Source of the DNA: Eubacteriales bacterium | GTDB taxonomy: Bacteria; Bacillota; Clostridia; Lachnospirales; Lachnospiraceae | Assembly: GCA_036453145.1 (NCBI GenBank) | Contig: JAZHVT010000003.1 | Location: 29,156-93,155 of the forward strand | Reading direction: 5' to 3' | Length of the DNA stretch: 64,000 bases | Shown here: one piece after another, positions 19,681-29,088 of the stretch | Layout: every line of letters starts with the position of its first letter | How positions within the stretch are numbered: position 1 is the first letter of the stretch | Notes under the pieces: generated by a model | Told to the model about the DNA's origin: nothing | Seen by the model: the letters and a program-made list of their open reading frames with translations, nothing else | Databases searched by the model: none | Program-made: the position numbers and the translations under genes

Positions 19681-19743
19681 GTAATGTTCAGCACTCCGGA
19701 CGCGGAACACTTCGCGTTCCCTGCTGTGGGCTGAATAATTTAC
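19681..19743. repeat. REP-like family A element in the CobW-gene leader
   Basis: GTAATGTTCAGCAC...GGGCTGAATAATTTAC ends; internal GGAACACTTCGCGTTCC hairpin. Confidence 0.7.
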
Positions 19744-19888
19744 AGTTCGTCGAGCAGCAGATCGGCCTTTCCCTTGTGGTAATTGCCCGCGTACAGGAAC
19801 TGCGTTCTGCCGGACGACTCTCTCACATCATACAACAGAACTCCCTCCGAGGAACCCATAGCTGCTTAAAATCATTCCCGAAAATTTA

Positions 19889-19917
19889 TAGACATACGCG
19901 AACTTATGTTCTATAAT
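19889..19917 (+). promoter_or_regulatory. sigmaA promoter of rmuC-addB-addA with overlapping LexA (SOS) box
   Basis: TAGACA-17-TATAAT; the spacer contains CGAAC-TTAT-GTTC (GAAC-N4-GTTC at 19900-11). Confidence 0.8.
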
Positions 19918-19938
19918 AATCATACGATGCTCGCAGCG

Positions 19939-19992
19939 CCGCTCTGATATTCATGACCGCATGCGATTTTGAATGGCGTGTGAGCTGTAACG
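19939..19992 (+). repeat. REP-like family B element, rmuC leader copy
   Basis: 54 nt, 47/54 identical and ungapped to 28892-28945. Confidence 0.8.
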
Positions 19993-20013
19993 AAAAACGG
20001 AAGAGAGGACAAA

Positions 20014-21282
20014 ATGGGTACAGCTGAAATGATCTTCTTGTATGTATTGCTGCTGGTGGTCATTCTTCTTATGGTCACGATCCTGATCCGCCAGGGACGG
20101 CAGGGAGGCACGCTGCCGCCGGGAAGAGACAGCCATGACGAGCTGGTCCGCATCGCGCAGCGGGTCGAGAGCGGAAACCGCGCAAATCAGGAGGCGAGCG
20201 CGCAGCTCCGGGCAGAGGTGTCGGACGCGCTCCGGAAGGGACTGAAGACGCAGTCCGAGCAGCTCCTGAATGTGTCGAAGCTGCAGACAGACTCGCTCGT
20301 AAATCTGCAGGACCGCGTGATCCGCACGCTGCAGACGGAGACGGACCGCCTTCAGCAGTCCAACGAGGAAAAGCTTGAGGAGATCCGCGGCGTCGTCAGC
20401 GACAAGCTTGACCGGACGCTGAATGAACGGCTCGACTCGAATTTCAAGACGATCGGCGACCAGCTCGGGCGGCTGTACCGTTCCCTCGGCGAGCTGCAGT
20501 CTCTCTCGGAGGGAGTGACGGACCTGAACCGCACACTGTCCAACGTGAAGACGAGAGGAACCTGGGGTGAGGTCCAGCTGGGCCGGATTCTTGAGCAGAC
20601 GCTGACACACGCGCAGTACGATGAGAATGTCGCGACGAAGAGAAATTCGTCCGACCGGGTTGAATTTGCCATAAAATTCCCCGCACAGGACGGGACGGGC
20701 GATACGGTCTATCTGCCGATCGACTCGAAGTTCCCGGCGGACCTCTACAATCATATTCTGGATGCGTCTGATCAGGGCGATCAGGAGGCGCTGACGGCGG
20801 CTGTCACGGCGCTTAAGAACCGCATGCTGGATGAAGCCAGGACCATACGGGACAAGTACCTCGACCCGCCGCGCACGACGAATTACGCGATCATGTTCCT
20901 GCCGACGGAGGGGCTGTACGCGGAGGTCCTGCGGATCGAGGGTCTCTCTGAAAAATGCCAGAACCTTGGCATTCTCGTTGCGGGACCGACGACGATCACG
21001 GCGATTCTCAATTCTCTGCAGGCCGGCTTCCGCAGCATTGCGCTCTCACAGAAGAGCGTCGAGGTCATGAAAATGCTGGAGGCCGTGAAGGCCCAGTTCG
21101 GCCGGATGGATGAGGAAATCACAAGGACACAGAAGAAGCTGTCCGAGGCTGTGTCCTCGACGGACAAGCTTCATCACAGGACACAGATCATCACGCGCAG
21201 AATGCGGAATATCGGGGATATGGATATTGATGAGGCAAAATCGATACTGAACCTCGATGACGGACAGGATACAGACGGCTGA
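20014..21282 (+). CDS. rmuC: DNA recombination protein RmuC
   Basis: N-terminal TM and coiled coil; KTRGTWGEVQL, LPIDSKFP, AIMFLPTEGLY. Confidence 0.93.
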   Translation: MGTAEMIFLYVLLLVVILLMVTILIRQGRQGGTLPPGRDSHDELVRIAQRVESGNRANQEASAQLRAEVSDALRKGLKTQSEQLLNVSKLQTDSLVNLQDRVIRTLQTETDRLQQSNEEKLEEIRGVVSDKLDRTLNERLDSNFKTIGDQLGRLYRSLGELQSLSEGVTDLNRTLSNVKTRGTWGEVQLGRILEQTLTHAQYDENVATKRNSSDRVEFAIKFPAQDGTGDTVYLPIDSKFPADLYNHILDASDQGDQEALTAAVTALKNRMLDEARTIRDKYLDPPRTTNYAIMFLPTEGLYAEVLRIEGLSEKCQNLGILVAGPTTITAILNSLQAGFRSIALSQKSVEVMKMLEAVKAQFGRMDEEITRTQKKLSEAVSSTDKLHHRTQIITRRMRNIGDMDIDEAKSILNLDDGQDTDG

Positions 21283-21295
21283 GAAGGGAGAGGGT

Positions 21296-24200
21296 ATGGC
21301 GCTTACACTTTATACAGGCGGTTCCAGGGCCGGCAAGACGCACGCGGTCTTCGAACGCATCATCAGAGAGTCCATGCAGGAGCCGGGCAGGCGCTTTATC
21401 GTCATTGTCCCGGAGCAGTTTACGATGCAGACACAGAAAATGCTGGTCCGCCAGCATCCGCGCCACGGCATTCTCAATATCGATGTGCTCTCATTTAACA
21501 GACTGGCCTACCGCGTCTTTGCGGAGACCGGTGAGGAGAGCGAGGAGCTGCTCGAGGAGATCGGAAAGACATTCATTCTTGAGAAGATCGCGCTCGACAT
21601 GAAGAAAAAGCTTCCCTATTACGGGGCGACGCTGGCCAGGCCGCAGAATCTCGCCGAGATGAAGGCGCTGATCTCTGAGCTGATGCTGTACGATGTCACG
21701 CCGGAGCAGCTGGCCGGTGCGGTGACGGAGGAGGAGAGAGCAAAGAACAGTCCGTTCGCCATGAAAATTTCGGACACGGCAAATGTCTACTCCGAGTTCA
21801 GAAAGCGTCTTGCGGGAACGTACATGACGGCCGAGGAGGTGCCGGACCGCCTGGTCGACATCGTCGACCGGTCGGCGCTTGTCCGTGACTCCGTGGTCGC
21901 GCTCGACGGGTTTACGGGCTTTACACCGGTCCAGCTGAAGCTGATCGGAAAGCTGATGGACCTCGTGAAGGACATGTATGTGACGGTCACGCTGGACAGA
22001 TATGAGCAGCCGTTCGGACCTTATCGGAAGACAGGGCTCTTTGCGCTCAGTCACACGACGACGCAGGCGCTTAAGAAGCTCGCGGAGGAGCACCACGTGC
22101 AGGTGATGAGGCCTGTGTTCATTTCTGAAAATGAGCACAGCCGCCACGCGGATTCACCCGAGCTGCAGTTTCTCGAGGAGTCCTTATTCCGTGACAGGCA
22201 CCGCGGACACTGGCAGGGAGATCCGCATGATATCCGTGTATTTGCGGCGCAGAACCCGCGAAAGGAGATCGAGGAGGCTGCATTTGAGATCAGCCGCATG
22301 GTGCGCGAGGAGGGATACAGGTACCGCGATATTGCGGTCGTGACCGGGGATCTCGCCTCGTACGGCGATTATGTGCGGCAGGTCTTTTCGGAGTGGAAGA
22401 TCCCGTATTTCCTTGATCAGAAGCGGGCGCTTGTCAGCAATCCGTTCATCGAGTATCTGCGTGCCGCGATGCAGGCCTGTGCGGAGGATTACTCCTATGA
22501 GGGCATATTCCGCATGCTGAAGAGCGGAATGACGGATTTTACGTCTGATGAGATCGAGCATCTGGAGAACTATGTCATCGGCTGCGGAATCCGCGGCAAG
22601 AAGAAATGGCGGACGAAATTCATCCGGAGCTATCAGGGCGAGGACCCCGGAGAGGTTCCGATGCTCGATGCGGTGCGTGTGCGGCTTCTGGAGCTCATGG
22701 ACCCGCTCGCGGACGCGTTCGGGCGCCGCGGCGGGACCGTGCGCGAGAAGTCGGAGGCTGTCTATGATTTCTGCGTCCGGACCCATGCGGAGGAAAAGCT
22801 GCGCGCGAGGACGAAATGGTTTGAGGCAAATGGCCGGCCGGATCTTGCCAGAGAGTATGATCAGGTCTATCCGTATGTCTGCAATTTTCTTGATAAGCTG
22901 ACGGCTGTTCTCGGCGATGAGAAGATCTCGATGAAGAATTACCGGGCGCTCCTTGAGGCAGGCTTTGCGGAGGCGCGTGTCGCGATCATTCCGCCCGGAG
23001 CTGATCAGGTCATGGTCGGCGATGTTGAGAGAAGCCGGATCGGGGACGTGAAGGTCCTGTTCTTTGCAGGCGTCAATGAGGGCGTGATTCCGAAGCCGGT
23101 GAAGGGCGGAGGCGCGCTGAATGACGCGGACCGCGGTACACTCGGGGAGAGAAGCATCACACTGAAGCCGACTGCGCGTGAAAATCTCTATATCGAGCGG
23201 TTCTATCTCTACATGACGCTCGCGAAGCCTTCCCGGAGGCTCATTCTGATGTACAGCGCGGCTAATATGGCAGGTGAGATCATGAAGCCGGCCTATCTGA
23301 TCAGTGCTGTCAGACGCCTGTTTCCGAAGCTTCCGGAGGGACATGTCCTGACCGATATCAGACAGCGCTTCGAGCGGCCGGAGACGGGCGTGCGCCTCGT
23401 CACGGAGGGACTTGAGACAATTGACTCGAAGCCACTGACACCGGAATTCCTCGAGCTCTTCTCGTGGTATAAGCGCCAGCCGGCGTACGCTCGGAAGATG
23501 GATATCCTTCTTGAGGCGGCGGGCAGGAGGAAGCCGAAGGACTGCATCGGGCAGGCGGCTGCGGAGGCACTGTACGGCAGAAATCTGCACAATTCTGCGT
23601 CGCGTCTTGAGAAATTCTGCGCATGCAGGTTTGCTCATTTTCTGCAGTACGGGCTCAGGCTGAAGGAGCGGCCCGAATTTCTGTTCAATCCGATGGATCT
23701 CGGAACGGTCATGCACCGGTCGCTGGAGCTCTTTGCGGATTCAGCCGGATCGGACGGGGAGACCTGGCAGCGCCTCGCCGGGGATAATGCCATGAGAAAC
23801 GGCCGCGCGTCTGACAGCATGCGCCAGGCCGTCGCCGAGAGTGGGAGCGACGTGCTTCACGACACGGCCAGAAATGAGTATCAGATCAGACGCATGGAGC
23901 GGCTGATGTCTGCGACGGCGTGGGCACAGACGGAGCAGATCGTGGCGGGGGATTTCCTTCCGGCCGGGATGGAGACCGTATTTTCCGGAAATGAAGACCT
24001 TGAATCTGCGCGCATCAGGCTTCCGGGAGGGGCTGAGCTCACACTGACGGGCCGGATCGACCGGATCGATATCTGCGACGAGGACGGCGTGACGCTTGTC
24101 CGCGTCATTGACTATAAGACCGGAAGAAAGGAGTTCAGCCTGCGGGACGTCTACTACGGACTGCAGCTGCAGCTCGTCATTTACATGGAGGCGGCTCTCG

Positions 24201-24739
24201 AGCTGTTGAGAAAGCGGGGAAAGCACCCGGTACCGGCGGGCATCTTCTACTACCGGGTCATGGACCCCGTCGTCGCGTACCAGCCGGGAGAGACGACGGA
24301 TGAGCTGGCGAAGCGGATTCTGAAGGAGCTCATTCCGTCAGGCATTGTGATCGGCGACGAAAAGACGGCAGAGCATTTTGACCGCGCGCTGAAGGAGAGC
24401 GGGGCCGGATCGGATGTCGTGGCGGTAAGGAGAACAAAAAACGGAATCGCAAAGAACTCGCACCTGATATCTGCCGGTGACTACGGGACGGTCAGCTCCT
24501 ATGTCCGGCGGAAGGTGATGGATGCGGGCTGCGCGATTCTTTCGGGAAGTGCGGAGATCAATCCGTACGCGACGGCCGATCTCAAGGACACGGCGTGCAG
24601 GTTCTGTGAGTACAGGGGAATCTGCGGCTTTGACCGGCGGATACCGGGATATCAGTACCGTCTGATCGATAAACTGAGCCAGGACGATGCGGTTCTCAGG
24701 ATGGAGGAGGATGACGATGGCGATCAGCTGGACAAATGA
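21296..24739 (+). CDS. addB: Helicase-nuclease subunit AddB
   Basis: Degenerate Walker A GGSRAGKT, IVPEQFT, VVALDGF, nuclease GRIDRID..IDYKTG, Fe-S cysteines (C..CRF; CRFCEYRGIC). Confidence 0.93.
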   Translation: MALTLYTGGSRAGKTHAVFERIIRESMQEPGRRFIVIVPEQFTMQTQKMLVRQHPRHGILNIDVLSFNRLAYRVFAETGEESEELLEEIGKTFILEKIALDMKKKLPYYGATLARPQNLAEMKALISELMLYDVTPEQLAGAVTEEERAKNSPFAMKISDTANVYSEFRKRLAGTYMTAEEVPDRLVDIVDRSALVRDSVVALDGFTGFTPVQLKLIGKLMDLVKDMYVTVTLDRYEQPFGPYRKTGLFALSHTTTQALKKLAEEHHVQVMRPVFISENEHSRHADSPELQFLEESLFRDRHRGHWQGDPHDIRVFAAQNPRKEIEEAAFEISRMVREEGYRYRDIAVVTGDLASYGDYVRQVFSEWKIPYFLDQKRALVSNPFIEYLRAAMQACAEDYSYEGIFRMLKSGMTDFTSDEIEHLENYVIGCGIRGKKKWRTKFIRSYQGEDPGEVPMLDAVRVRLLELMDPLADAFGRRGGTVREKSEAVYDFCVRTHAEEKLRARTKWFEANGRPDLAREYDQVYPYVCNFLDKLTAVLGDEKISMKNYRALLEAGFAEARVAIIPPGADQVMVGDVERSRIGDVKVLFFAGVNEGVIPKPVKGGGALNDADRGTLGERSITLKPTARENLYIERFYLYMTLAKPSRRLILMYSAANMAGEIMKPAYLISAVRRLFPKLPEGHVLTDIRQRFERPETGVRLVTEGLETIDSKPLTPEFLELFSWYKRQPAYARKMDILLEAAGRRKPKDCIGQAAAEALYGRNLHNSASRLEKFCACRFAHFLQYGLRLKERPEFLFNPMDLGTVMHRSLELFADSAGSDGETWQRLAGDNAMRNGRASDSMRQAVAESGSDVLHDTARNEYQIRRMERLMSATAWAQTEQIVAGDFLPAGMETVFSGNEDLESARIRLPGGAELTLTGRIDRIDICDEDGVTLVRVIDYKTGRKEFSLRDVYYGLQLQLVIYMEAALELLRKRGKHPVPAGIFYYRVMDPVVAYQPGETTDELAKRILKELIPSGIVIGDEKTAEHFDRALKESGAGSDVVAVRRTKNGIAKNSHLISAGDYGTVSSYVRRKVMDAGCAILSGSAEINPYATADLKDTACRFCEYRGICGFDRRIPGYQYRLIDKLSQDDAVLRMEEDDDGDQLDK

Positions 24740-27700
24740 GCAGAAGTCGGTAATTCATACCCGCGGAAAAAATATCCTTGTCTCAGCGGCAGCGGGATCA
24801 GGCAAGACCGCGGTGCTCGTGGAGCGGATCATGTCCAGAATCACGAGTGATACGGACCCCGTCTCGATCGATGAGCTGCTGATTGTGACATTCACGAAGG
24901 CGGCAGCCGGAGAAATGAGGACCCGTATTCTAAGCCGGCTTGAGGATGCGGCGGAGCAGGACCCGGACAATGCGTACCTCGCGGACCAGGTCCGCCGTGT
25001 CGGCGGCGCTCAGATCACGACAATCGACGGCTTCTGCTCCTATGTTATTCGGAATTACGGCCAGTCCATCGGACTTGCGCCCGGCTTTCGCGTCGCGGAG
25101 GAGGGCGAGACAAAGCTGATGAAGAAGGATGCCGTGTCGGCTGTCCTCGAGGAGGCGTATGCGTCGGCTGATCCCGATGAACAGGAGAGATTCGGTGCAT
25201 TTGTCGAGACATTCGCGACAGGCAAGACAGATGCGTCTCTTGAAGACCTGATACTCCGCGTCTTCGAGGCCGCAGAGAGCAGTCCGGACCCGCAGGGCTG
25301 GCTTGAGCACTGCCACCATGAAAATGAAGCCTCCTCACCGGAGACGCTCCTTCAGACAGACTGGATGGGCATGTTCCGGGAGGCGGCGGAGGAGAACGCG
25401 GAGATGGCGCATTCCCTCGCGGAAAAGAACGCGGAGCTTGCGCACAGCCCGGAGGGACCGTCAGCCTACATTCCGACGGGAGATGCGTATGCAAGGCTCA
25501 CGGAGCATGTCCTCGCGGCCATTCGCGGCGACGACTTCTACCGGAAGACCCGCCTTGCGCTCTATGATACGGAGATTCCGCCTCTTGGCCGGAAGAAGCC
25601 GGCGGAGGGCGAGAATCCGGACCTCCGGGACACGTTCAAGGAGACGAGGGACGCTGTCAAGAAGATCATCGATGAGCTTAAGGAGCAGTACTTCTTCCTG
25701 CCTCCGGATGACGCGGCCGCAAGCCTCCGCGACGGAGCCGGTCCGCTCGATATGCTGCTCGATCTTGCGGAGCGCATGAGGGACCGCTACGCCGAGATGA
25801 AGGAGGAGAAGAATATTCTCGATTTCAGCGACCTTGAGCACAATGCGCTGCAGATTCTCAGGAAGGACGGCGAGCGGACATATGCGGCGCGCGAGCTCGC
25901 AGGGCAGTACCGGGAGGTCATGATCGACGAGTACCAGGACAGCAACTATCTGCAGGAGGCAATCCTCACGGCAGTGAGCCGGATTGAGGACGGCGAGCCC
26001 GACTATTTCTGCGTCGGCGATGTGAAGCAGAGCATCTACAGCTTCCGCCAGGCGCGGCCTAAGCTGTTTATGGAGAAATACCACAGCTACAAGGGAGGGA
26101 CAGAGAACGGGGTCAGGATCGATCTCCACCGGAACTTCAGGAGCCGGCGCGAGGTTGTCGATACGGTCAACGGCATCTTCCGGCAGATTATGCGGATCGA
26201 GGTCGGCGGTGTCGATTATGACGATGACGCGGCCCTTGTGAAGGGGGCAGTCTTCGCCGATACGGACGAACATCAGGCAGAGGATGCTGCGGCCGATTAC
26301 AGAACGGAGATCATGCCTGTCTTCACAAATGAGGACGCAGATCTCATGGACGATGCGGGATCGGCGTCTGCGAGGGAGCTTGAGGCGAGAGCTGTCGGAA
26401 CAAGAATCCGCCGGATGGTAGGCCATGAGAAGCTTCTCGACCAGAAGACAGGGGAACTCCGGCCCGTTCGATATGAGGATATTGTAATTCTTCTCCGGAC
26501 GACGGCGGAGTGGAGCGATGTGTTTATGCGCGTCCTCGACGGCATGCATATTCCCTGCTATACGTCGTCAAAGGAGGGCTATTTCGGCGCGATCGAGGTT
26601 GTGACTGTTCTCAATTATCTGCGGATTATCGACAATCCGCAGCAGGACATTCCGTTCACGGCTGTCCTCACATCGGCATTTGCGGGGCTTGAGGCGGAGG
26701 ACCTCGCGCGCGTCCGCGCAAGAGACGGGGCTGCGTCCTATTCCGGCAGCACGGAGCGGGCGAATGTCTCGATGTACGACGCTGCGCGCTTTTACGCCCT
26801 GCACGGAGAGGAGCCTGCACTCCGTGCAAGGCTTGAGGATTTCTTTGCATTTTTTGACAGCGTCCGCGCATCTGTGCATGACACGCCGCTTCATGAGCTG
26901 ATCGACAGAGTCATCACGGAGTCCGGCTTTGGCGAATATGCGGCGGCCCTTCCGGGCGGTCTGCAGAGGACAGTGAACCTCCGCATGCTGGTTGACAAGG
27001 CGATCGCGTTTGAGCACACGAGCTATATCGGCCTGTTTAACTTCGTCCGCTACATCGAGAACCTGCAGAAGGAAAATGTCGATTTCGGCGAGCTGAGCAC
27101 GATTACGGAGCATGAGGATGTCGTGAGAATCTACAGCATCCACAAGAGCAAGGGACTTGAATATCCCGTTGTCTTCGTGTGCGGCATGGGCAAGAAATTC
27201 AACACGCGCGAGCTGAAGGCCACTGTCCTGATTCATCCGGAGATGGGAGTCGCGTCTGATTACGTCGATTTCAGGCACCGCGTGAGAGTGCCGACGCTTA
27301 AGAAATGTGCCGTGAAGCAGCGGCTGCTCCGCGACAGGATCGGAGAGGAGCTGCGGGTCCTCTATGTTGCGCTCACGCGTGCGAAGCAGAAGCTGATCCT
27401 CACAGGCTCTCTGAAAAATGAGGAGAGCTTTGAGCACCTCTCATCGGATCTTCCGCTGTCAGAGCCGAAGCTCTCAGCCGGCTTTATTGTGCGGGCCGGT
27501 ACGTTCTGGGACTGGGTCATTCCGGCGGCGAAACGGATGCTGGATGCGGAGACCAGGGCAGGTCTTGCGCAGATGACGCCTGAGGAGAGAGAAAAAATGC
27601 TGATGCATGACGGAGGAAGAAGGCTCTCCGGGTCCTGCCTTGTCTTTACACCTGTCCGGCCGTCGGACCTCGCGGCGGACGAGGTTGATACGCAGGTGCG

Positions 27701-28739
27701 CCGGGCGGACGCGCTCACGGCTCTCGGAAGCGTGCGGTCGGCCCGGATCTATGACGCGGACATGCGCACTCTGATTAGCGAGAGGGCCTCCTGGACCTAT
27801 CCGTTTGCTGGCAGCGAGACGATTCCGGTCGAGGTCTCCGTCTCGGAGCTGAAGACCGGCCGCTACTCGGACAAGGACGAGGAATTTGCGGAAAATGACG
27901 ATATGGCCCGGCTCTATCCGGAGCCGGAGGACGAGGAGCCGACAGTGCCGGAGTTTATCCGGCAGCGGGATATGAGGCTGGCCGCCGCGGAAGCAGAAAT
28001 GCCTGGAGAGACAGCCGGCTCTGGAAAGAAGAAAACGTCAGGTGCAGCTGCACCGGTATCTGCAGAATCGGTTGCCGGTTCGCGGCGGAGCGTTTCGGGA
28101 GCAGCGGCGTCCGGCTCCACGCGCGGAACCGCATACCACAGAGTCATGCAGCTGATCTCATTTGCGGAGGCAGCTGCGGGCGGCGGAGAGACCGCGGCGT
28201 CCGCAGACCCAGGGACAACGGGCAGTGGAGAGCAGATCTCTTCTGCGGGTTCGAGGCCGGGAAGAGCTGAAGGGACAACTGACCGGGACAGAGTGTACCG
28301 GAATATTCTTGAACAGCTTGGAAAGCTGGAGAAGTCCGGAAAGATCAGTGCGGAGGAGGCCGGCCTCGTTGATCTGCGGCGCGTCGCGTCGATGGCGGCA
28401 AGTCCGATGGGAAGACGGATGGCAGAGGCCGAGAGGAGAGGTGATTTGTACAGAGAGCAGCCCTTCGTTCTCGGAGTCGCCGCGTCTGAAATCCGGAGTG
28501 AGTGGCCGGACGATGAGATGATCTTTGTACAGGGAATCATCGATGCATTCTTCTACGAGGAGGACGGAATCGTTCTGCTTGATTACAAGACGGACCGCGT
28601 GCGGAATCCGGAGGAGCTGGCAGACCGGTACCGCGTGCAGCTCACGCAGTACCGTGAGGCCCTTGAGCGCGTGACCGGCAAAGACGTGAAGGAGACATAT
28701 ATCTGGTCCTTCCGCCTCGGGCGGGCCATACTAATGTAA
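24717..28739 (+). CDS. addA: Helicase-nuclease subunit AddA
   Basis: SAAAGSGKT, TFTKAAA, IDEYQD, VGDVKQSIYSFR, HKSKGLEYP, YVALTRAK, QGIID..LLDYKT; ATG 24717 after GGAGGAGG. Confidence 0.95.
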   Translation: MAISWTNEQKSVIHTRGKNILVSAAAGSGKTAVLVERIMSRITSDTDPVSIDELLIVTFTKAAAGEMRTRILSRLEDAAEQDPDNAYLADQVRRVGGAQITTIDGFCSYVIRNYGQSIGLAPGFRVAEEGETKLMKKDAVSAVLEEAYASADPDEQERFGAFVETFATGKTDASLEDLILRVFEAAESSPDPQGWLEHCHHENEASSPETLLQTDWMGMFREAAEENAEMAHSLAEKNAELAHSPEGPSAYIPTGDAYARLTEHVLAAIRGDDFYRKTRLALYDTEIPPLGRKKPAEGENPDLRDTFKETRDAVKKIIDELKEQYFFLPPDDAAASLRDGAGPLDMLLDLAERMRDRYAEMKEEKNILDFSDLEHNALQILRKDGERTYAARELAGQYREVMIDEYQDSNYLQEAILTAVSRIEDGEPDYFCVGDVKQSIYSFRQARPKLFMEKYHSYKGGTENGVRIDLHRNFRSRREVVDTVNGIFRQIMRIEVGGVDYDDDAALVKGAVFADTDEHQAEDAAADYRTEIMPVFTNEDADLMDDAGSASARELEARAVGTRIRRMVGHEKLLDQKTGELRPVRYEDIVILLRTTAEWSDVFMRVLDGMHIPCYTSSKEGYFGAIEVVTVLNYLRIIDNPQQDIPFTAVLTSAFAGLEAEDLARVRARDGAASYSGSTERANVSMYDAARFYALHGEEPALRARLEDFFAFFDSVRASVHDTPLHELIDRVITESGFGEYAAALPGGLQRTVNLRMLVDKAIAFEHTSYIGLFNFVRYIENLQKENVDFGELSTITEHEDVVRIYSIHKSKGLEYPVVFVCGMGKKFNTRELKATVLIHPEMGVASDYVDFRHRVRVPTLKKCAVKQRLLRDRIGEELRVLYVALTRAKQKLILTGSLKNEESFEHLSSDLPLSEPKLSAGFIVRAGTFWDWVIPAAKRMLDAETRAGLAQMTPEEREKMLMHDGGRRLSGSCLVFTPVRPSDLAADEVDTQVRRADALTALGSVRSARIYDADMRTLISERASWTYPFAGSETIPVEVSVSELKTGRYSDKDEEFAENDDMARLYPEPEDEEPTVPEFIRQRDMRLAAAEAEMPGETAGSGKKKTSGAAAPVSAESVAGSRRSVSGAAASGSTRGTAYHRVMQLISFAEAAAGGGETAASADPGTTGSGEQISSAGSRPGRAEGTTDRDRVYRNILEQLGKLEKSGKISAEEAGLVDLRRVASMAASPMGRRMAEAERRGDLYREQPFVLGVAASEIRSEWPDDEMIFVQGIIDAFFYEEDGIVLLDYKTDRVRNPEELADRYRVQLTQYREALERVTGKDVKETYIWSFRLGRAILM

Positions 28740-28746
28740 GTCACAG

Positions 28747-28967
28747 ATTGCAGTTCACACGCTGTCAGACCTCGGAAAGCGGTCAGCGATATCAGGAGCG
28801 GTGAGGGCGTTATACGGAGGAGTCCGAAGATCACCCTGAGCCGCTGTGTCAGCGGCGAAGGGAAGCTGAGGAGGACGGAGTCTGCCCGATACCGCCCTGA
28901 TATTCGCGACCGCATGCGACTTTGGATGGCGTGTGAACAGTAACGTACATACGGTGTGAACTGTAGC
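28747..28967. repeat. REP-like family B inverted pair (REPIN-like) plus an extra half-site
   Basis: The reverse complement of 28747-28808 aligns to 28884-28944 (CCTGATAT..GACCGC...GCGTGTGAAC); a third GTGTGAACTG lies at 28954. Confidence 0.75.
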
Positions 28968-28978
28968 AGCCCCAGACC

Positions 28979-29007
28979 TTGCAAGATCTGCGCATTTTCG
29001 GTATATT
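28979..29007 (+). promoter_or_regulatory. sigmaA promoter of prfB
   Basis: TTGCAA-17-TATATT. Confidence 0.6.
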
Positions 29008-29088
29008 AAAAGGTACAGTCGCGACTTTTCGCGGCGAGTAAAATATCACAGATGCCTGCACAGACAGGCGCGAAAGAGGGTGAGACTA

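Noticed and set aside
22184-23716. 510-aa antisense ORF inside addB (also 49098-50363, 16214-17257, 45261-46439 and similar)
   Set aside because: Shadow ORFs opposite well-supported genes in GC-rich DNA; no SD, motif or plausible composition.
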